Below are positions 59,881 through 64,000 of a DNA stretch of 64,000 bases, piece by piece. The position numbers and the translations under genes were made by a program. The stretch is from positions 71,632,360-71,696,359 of the forward strand of contig NC_068981.1 in the NCBI RefSeq assembly GCF_001194135.2, read 5' to 3'. A model generated the notes under the pieces. The model saw nothing but the letters and a program-made list of their open reading frames with translations. It made no database searches and had not been told where the DNA came from. Each line of letters starts with the position of its first letter. The first letter of the stretch is position 1. Origin of the DNA: Octopus bimaculoides. Lineage: Eukaryota.

Positions 59881-62800
59881 CTAGTGGAGGGAAAAAAATA
59901 AACAATCAATATAGATTCAACAAAGCCAGTCACTTAAAACTGAGCAGCACATTTAAATATTGACTCATTTCAATATACAATAGCTATGAACAATGACTAT
60001 ACAAAAGAATTCGAGAAGGAAATCTATATTCTATCCATGAAGTCATAAAATGAGTGAAGACAAAGCTGTTTAAATGGCAGTGATAACAATTTAGTAAAGA
60101 AAAAAAAAAAAAAAAAAAAAAAAAAANNNNNNNNNNNNNNNNNNNNNNNTTTTGCACATCCATAATCCCTGGCATAAAAAAAAAAAAAAATCCAAGGAAA
60201 GGTGAGAAACTGCATTAGCCCCAATGTGTAAATTAAATAGACATTTTATGAGAAACAAACAATATTTAATAAGGGGCCCAAATGTAACCCCTCCCCCAAT
60301 TTTAAATTTTTTCATCCATTCATGTCTATTTATCCCATCCCTATCGGTTTATTCATAAAATATATTTGCCAACTAAATGTGGCGGTGTTGCTTTTAGCCC
60401 TAGGAAGGCATTCATATCTATCTTTTTTTTTTTATACACCTATCTATATGCTTATTGAATTTAAAAGCTTCAAAATGTGGTTTCATGCATATCCGGAGTC
60501 TAATAAAAAATTTCGAAAAAATCCAAAATTTTAAATGGGAGAGTGGGGAAGGGGAGTGGCGGTTAAAATTTTTTTCTTTTTGCATATTCGTAATCTGACA
60601 TCTAAAACGTAGGGATATGGAAAAAAAATCCGTTGCTTTTGTAATTTTAAAACTACAGAGTAATAATGAAGTGCTTAAGAAACACAAACTCACCTTCCTC
60701 ATTTGGAATTTAATAGTAGCTTTGCAATCCTCCACCTTGTTAACTATAGACTCTCCATGGGAGATTGGTGTCGGGAATTTACCAGCTTTGTTCAAACCAG
60801 GACCAAGAATTCTTGGAATTTGTTTGATGAGCGAGTCGGAAGCAAGGAAAGCATCAAATTTTTTAGCTGAAAAATGAAAAGACACTAATTAAACCTTGGG
60901 AGAGGCATTATGCCGGTAATAAACACACGCACTGGTTCAGTCCTTTATTAATTCATATAGTTTTTTGTTAATTATTTCATTGCACTCTTCAGTAACTTGT
61001 CTCTCCACTTCCACCAATCGCCCTTGCAATGAAAACCAATAAACATGCCCTTGTAATATTGACACATCAACATCTAAAACAACAAAGAACAAAACTGATA
61101 TACAGCCATAACCATCTAAAAACGAAAACTTATAAGCCTTTATGCCAACTGCTACAATTCAAATGTTTACTTCACAATGTAATTCCAAGATGTTTAAGTT
61201 CCCATACAAAGGATGCCAACAATACAGATTGTTTCGTAGTGAATAGCAATATTTTTTAAGATGCATACCCTCAATCCAATAGATCGAGGTTGGTTCAGCC
61301 ACCTACTCTACAAGCAATGAATAAGACATACCCAATTTTTTAACAAGTTTCTTATTCTTGTTCAGTTTCTTCAAAGCGTCGGCATCCATACATTCAATGC
61401 TGTTTGCTTTAGCTTCATCAATATGCTGCTGATCACCCAAAAGGCATACCTTCAACTTGGGTCGTGGGATATACTTCAACCTGAAACAGGAAAATATAGC
61501 ATAAGTAAAACATTCCAGATTAACCGATCACATTGCATGGGCTATGATAGCCCATTGCATGAACCTCCATATCAAACTCCCTTTGAGCACTAGACCACAT
61601 ATGCTTGAAAACTTTTTGCCAGGTGCCACAATACTTCCAAGTGACAAACTATTTCACTTTTCCTTGAACTCTTAAACACCGACGTCCTTTGACATGTTTG
61701 CTTACCGTGTCACTTTGCTTTACATTTACTCGAGGTGTCTAAAAGATTAGTCACAGAAATCCTTTTTCACCACCGGCTTTTTTTTTCTCAACATATAGAC
61801 CACATCTAGTTTTAGTCCTGTTAATTCCTTAATCCCCAACAAGTATGGAAGCACCATGTTCTTCAACCGTCACCGATTTAACCGCGGTTAAATTGGGGAA
61901 TTAAAATATTGGAATGCCGATTTTTCTTTGCAGATTCGTTACCTCTGCAGTAATTCTTTCACCTATGTCAACACGTGGCGTCCCAGATGGCAAACAAGTC
62001 CCTAACAGGGCGAAAACTTCTGGAATTAAGGTCACTAATTAGCATAGCATCATCCAGCGCAACGTAATGAGGTAACGTTACGCACTTGAACAGGTGCACT
62101 TTGAGCCCTCCGCTCACTTAATTTTTCTCTCCCATCTCACAAACAAGTAAAATCTACCATAGAGATATACATCATAGAAAGCATAAAACAAATATCAGCA
62201 AGACCAGAGTTGGCAGAGACGACTCAATTTTATGCCAGCAATAAAAAAATAACGAACATGGAAACGATTAAAGCTAGATAATGCGTCTACTCACCACAAG
62301 TACAAGTTCTGCTATACAGAGCGGTGCTATTTTTAAAAAAAAAATAGGACCTCCCCATTTAAATTTAAGACCCTGGGTAAAGGTCCGTAAGGTTTAGAAA
62401 AACCCAACTACCTAATAAGTGACTTATAGGAGGCGATATAACGACTTAAAAAAAAAAATTGACATGGTGGTGGACATATGAAGGATTTTGCTAGCCTATA
62501 CATTTTATCATACACATCACATATATATAGGCTAGCAATTTTTCTAAGAAATCAAAAAGGATAACTAAACTGTCGTATTGCCTGCCTCCTAGGAGTCTCT
62601 TTTATAGGTCGAATAAATAAAAAGATTGCTGTCCGTACTTTACTGTACCAGAAAACCTCTTATCTTTTTGAGGATCGTAGTTCTTCAGGGCGATTTGTAG
62701 ATCTACGGATTCGGTAAACCGCCTCTTCTTTCTCTTAGAGAAGGCGAGCATCGCCGCAATAGCTTCCTGCAAAGTATCCTTCGTAATTTTACTACTGTAA

Positions 62801-63065
62801 AATAAAATAAAATATATACGTTCAGGTAGCTGTATCATTAATCCTACGTAATATGAACACAAAACTACGACAAATCAAAACGAGAAAATGAATTATGTTT
62901 AAGTTAAATTATGAAATATAGAAAATAAATTTTTATAATAAATATATATATATCTAAATTAAGAATAGATATATGAAAACTAAGCAATGAGAATTATAAA
63001 AAAATTAAGTATTTTTTAAACAAGATGCATGAAATTGGTAGAAGCGATAAATTAACGAACCTCAT
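59710..63065 (-). CDS. RPL10A: 60S ribosomal protein L10a (uL1), 5 coding exons, 217 aa
   Basis: Exons 63061-63065, 62639-62794, 61332-61480, 60694-60866, 59710-59880, total 654 nt. [78 protein letters not shown]. Confidence 0.97.
60127..60149. other. Assembly gap in RPL10A intron 4
   Basis: N run. Confidence 1.
60694..60866 (-). CDS. RPL10A: RPL10A exon 4
   Basis: catttttcag|CT AAA to AAG|gtgagt. Confidence 0.95.
61332..61480 (-). CDS. RPL10A: RPL10A exon 3
   Basis: cctgtttcag|G TTG AAG to TTG G|gtatgt. [24 protein letters not shown]. Confidence 0.95.
62639..62794 (-). CDS. RPL10A: RPL10A exon 2
   Basis: ttttacag|T AGT AAA to GTA AA|gtacgg. Confidence 0.95.
63061..63065 (-). CDS. RPL10A: RPL10A exon 1 coding part (ATG AG)
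   Basis: caccATGAG|gttcgt. Phase 2 joins exon 2 to give MSSK. Confidence 0.85.
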
Positions 63066-63079
63066 GGTGATAAGATGTA

Positions 63080-63165
63080 GTATCGGAAAGACTGATTTAT
63101 GGTAAGACCGACGCAATGATGACTTCCTGTATTTTCGACAAAACTCGGTAAATTCCGGAAGCCGA
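63080..63165 (-). promoter_or_regulatory. RPL10A core promoter: TCT/5'TOP-like start and ETS-type sites
   Basis: Minus strand gtCTTTCCg at about 63090, 25 nt before the ATG. CAGGAAGT at about 63122-63129 and TTCCGGAA at about 63153-63160. Confidence 0.6.
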
Positions 63166-64000
63166 GAATTATTGAATTCTCTAGAAATTTCTCATTTTGT
63201 TTACTTCATTCAATCTCGCATTAATTGGCGTGTTTTGCAATTAGTTTTCCTGATTGTAGTTATAGAGGGATTTCTAATGGGTGTTTGTTATATATATTTA
63301 TATTTTTTTTACTTATAACAAAGGCGTGATGTAATTTCAAGAAAGTATTTCTTATATCTCGAGAAAATTTAAGTAATTTATGCAATTTAAAAAATAAATT
63401 CTGATATGTATATAATTTATAACTTATTGATACGAGTTACAAGTAAATAAGATAGACAGGATTTTGGTTTAATTTTTTAAATTTTGTATTGTTTAAATTA
63501 ACGAAATTGTTTATTAACTTTGTACATGTAGTTACGTCCCTTTACCTTTTGAGTTCGAATCCCCCTGAATTAAGACTTTACTTTACGCTCTACAGGGGTC
63601 AGCAAAAAAAAAATGTGGCGATTAATTTCGAACCCCACTAAAAATTCGGGTTTTGTGCCAGTGCTAAAACTTATTTGCGTGATCGAGTGGCAGGATTAGT
63701 TGAGCACCGGACAATGATTTGCGGTATTTAGTTATGTGGCCTGCCGTTTTAAATCCCTAAACTCTGCCGGAGTCGAGTTTTCATTATCGTATTTAGCAGT
63801 CGATTTGAAATTCTATTAGTCTGGTACTTGGATCGGTAAAATCTGACTGCCCTCGCACTCAAATATATAACCTTGTGTCTATTACTGTATACTACTTTTA
63901 TCGTCATTGAATGTATGAGCATAAAGCAGGAACTCATTTTTAATAATCTAAAATTTTACGTAAACCACATGTCATTTTCATTAATTATACAAATTGAATT

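Noticed and set aside
60150-60660. Odd homopolymer-rich sequence in RPL10A intron 4
   Set aside because: Next to a gap and looks like a poor-quality read end, so not interpretable.
62292-62386. Two GC-closed hairpins as an H/ACA snoRNA
   Set aside because: The hinge is a long U run and there is no ACA box (AGA/ACG only).

Overview
AT-rich, repeat-dense eukaryotic genomic DNA with five N gaps. The microsatellites, tRNA-derived SINE-like families and RTE (GAT)n tails suggest an octopus/coleoid cephalopod (inference, not verified). Two spliced minus-strand genes could be rebuilt by hand with consistent GT-AG phases. (1) A 12-exon, 867-aa type II membrane protein of the M28B family (GCPII/NAALADase/transferrin-receptor fold), 43465 to 8420. 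By manual alignment it lacks the catalytic Glu and has no clearly aligned zinc ligand, and it carries endocytic motifs in its cytoplasmic tail. (2) A complete 5-exon RPL10A (uL1), 63065 to 59710, with a TCT/TOP-like start. The rest is mostly decayed mobile DNA: RTE, CR1/L2-like, HERO-like and Penelope-like retroelements, mariner/Tc1 elements, an LTR-like repeat and SINEs. An intron also holds a 28S rRNA fragment. Most notable: the dead-peptidase receptor candidate, a structured GC-rich segment in RPL10A intron 2, a Penelope element with a 5' inversion, and long perfect palindromes. No prokaryotic features or CRISPR arrays were seen. Repeat boundaries are approximate and family assignments are from recalled motifs, not database searches.
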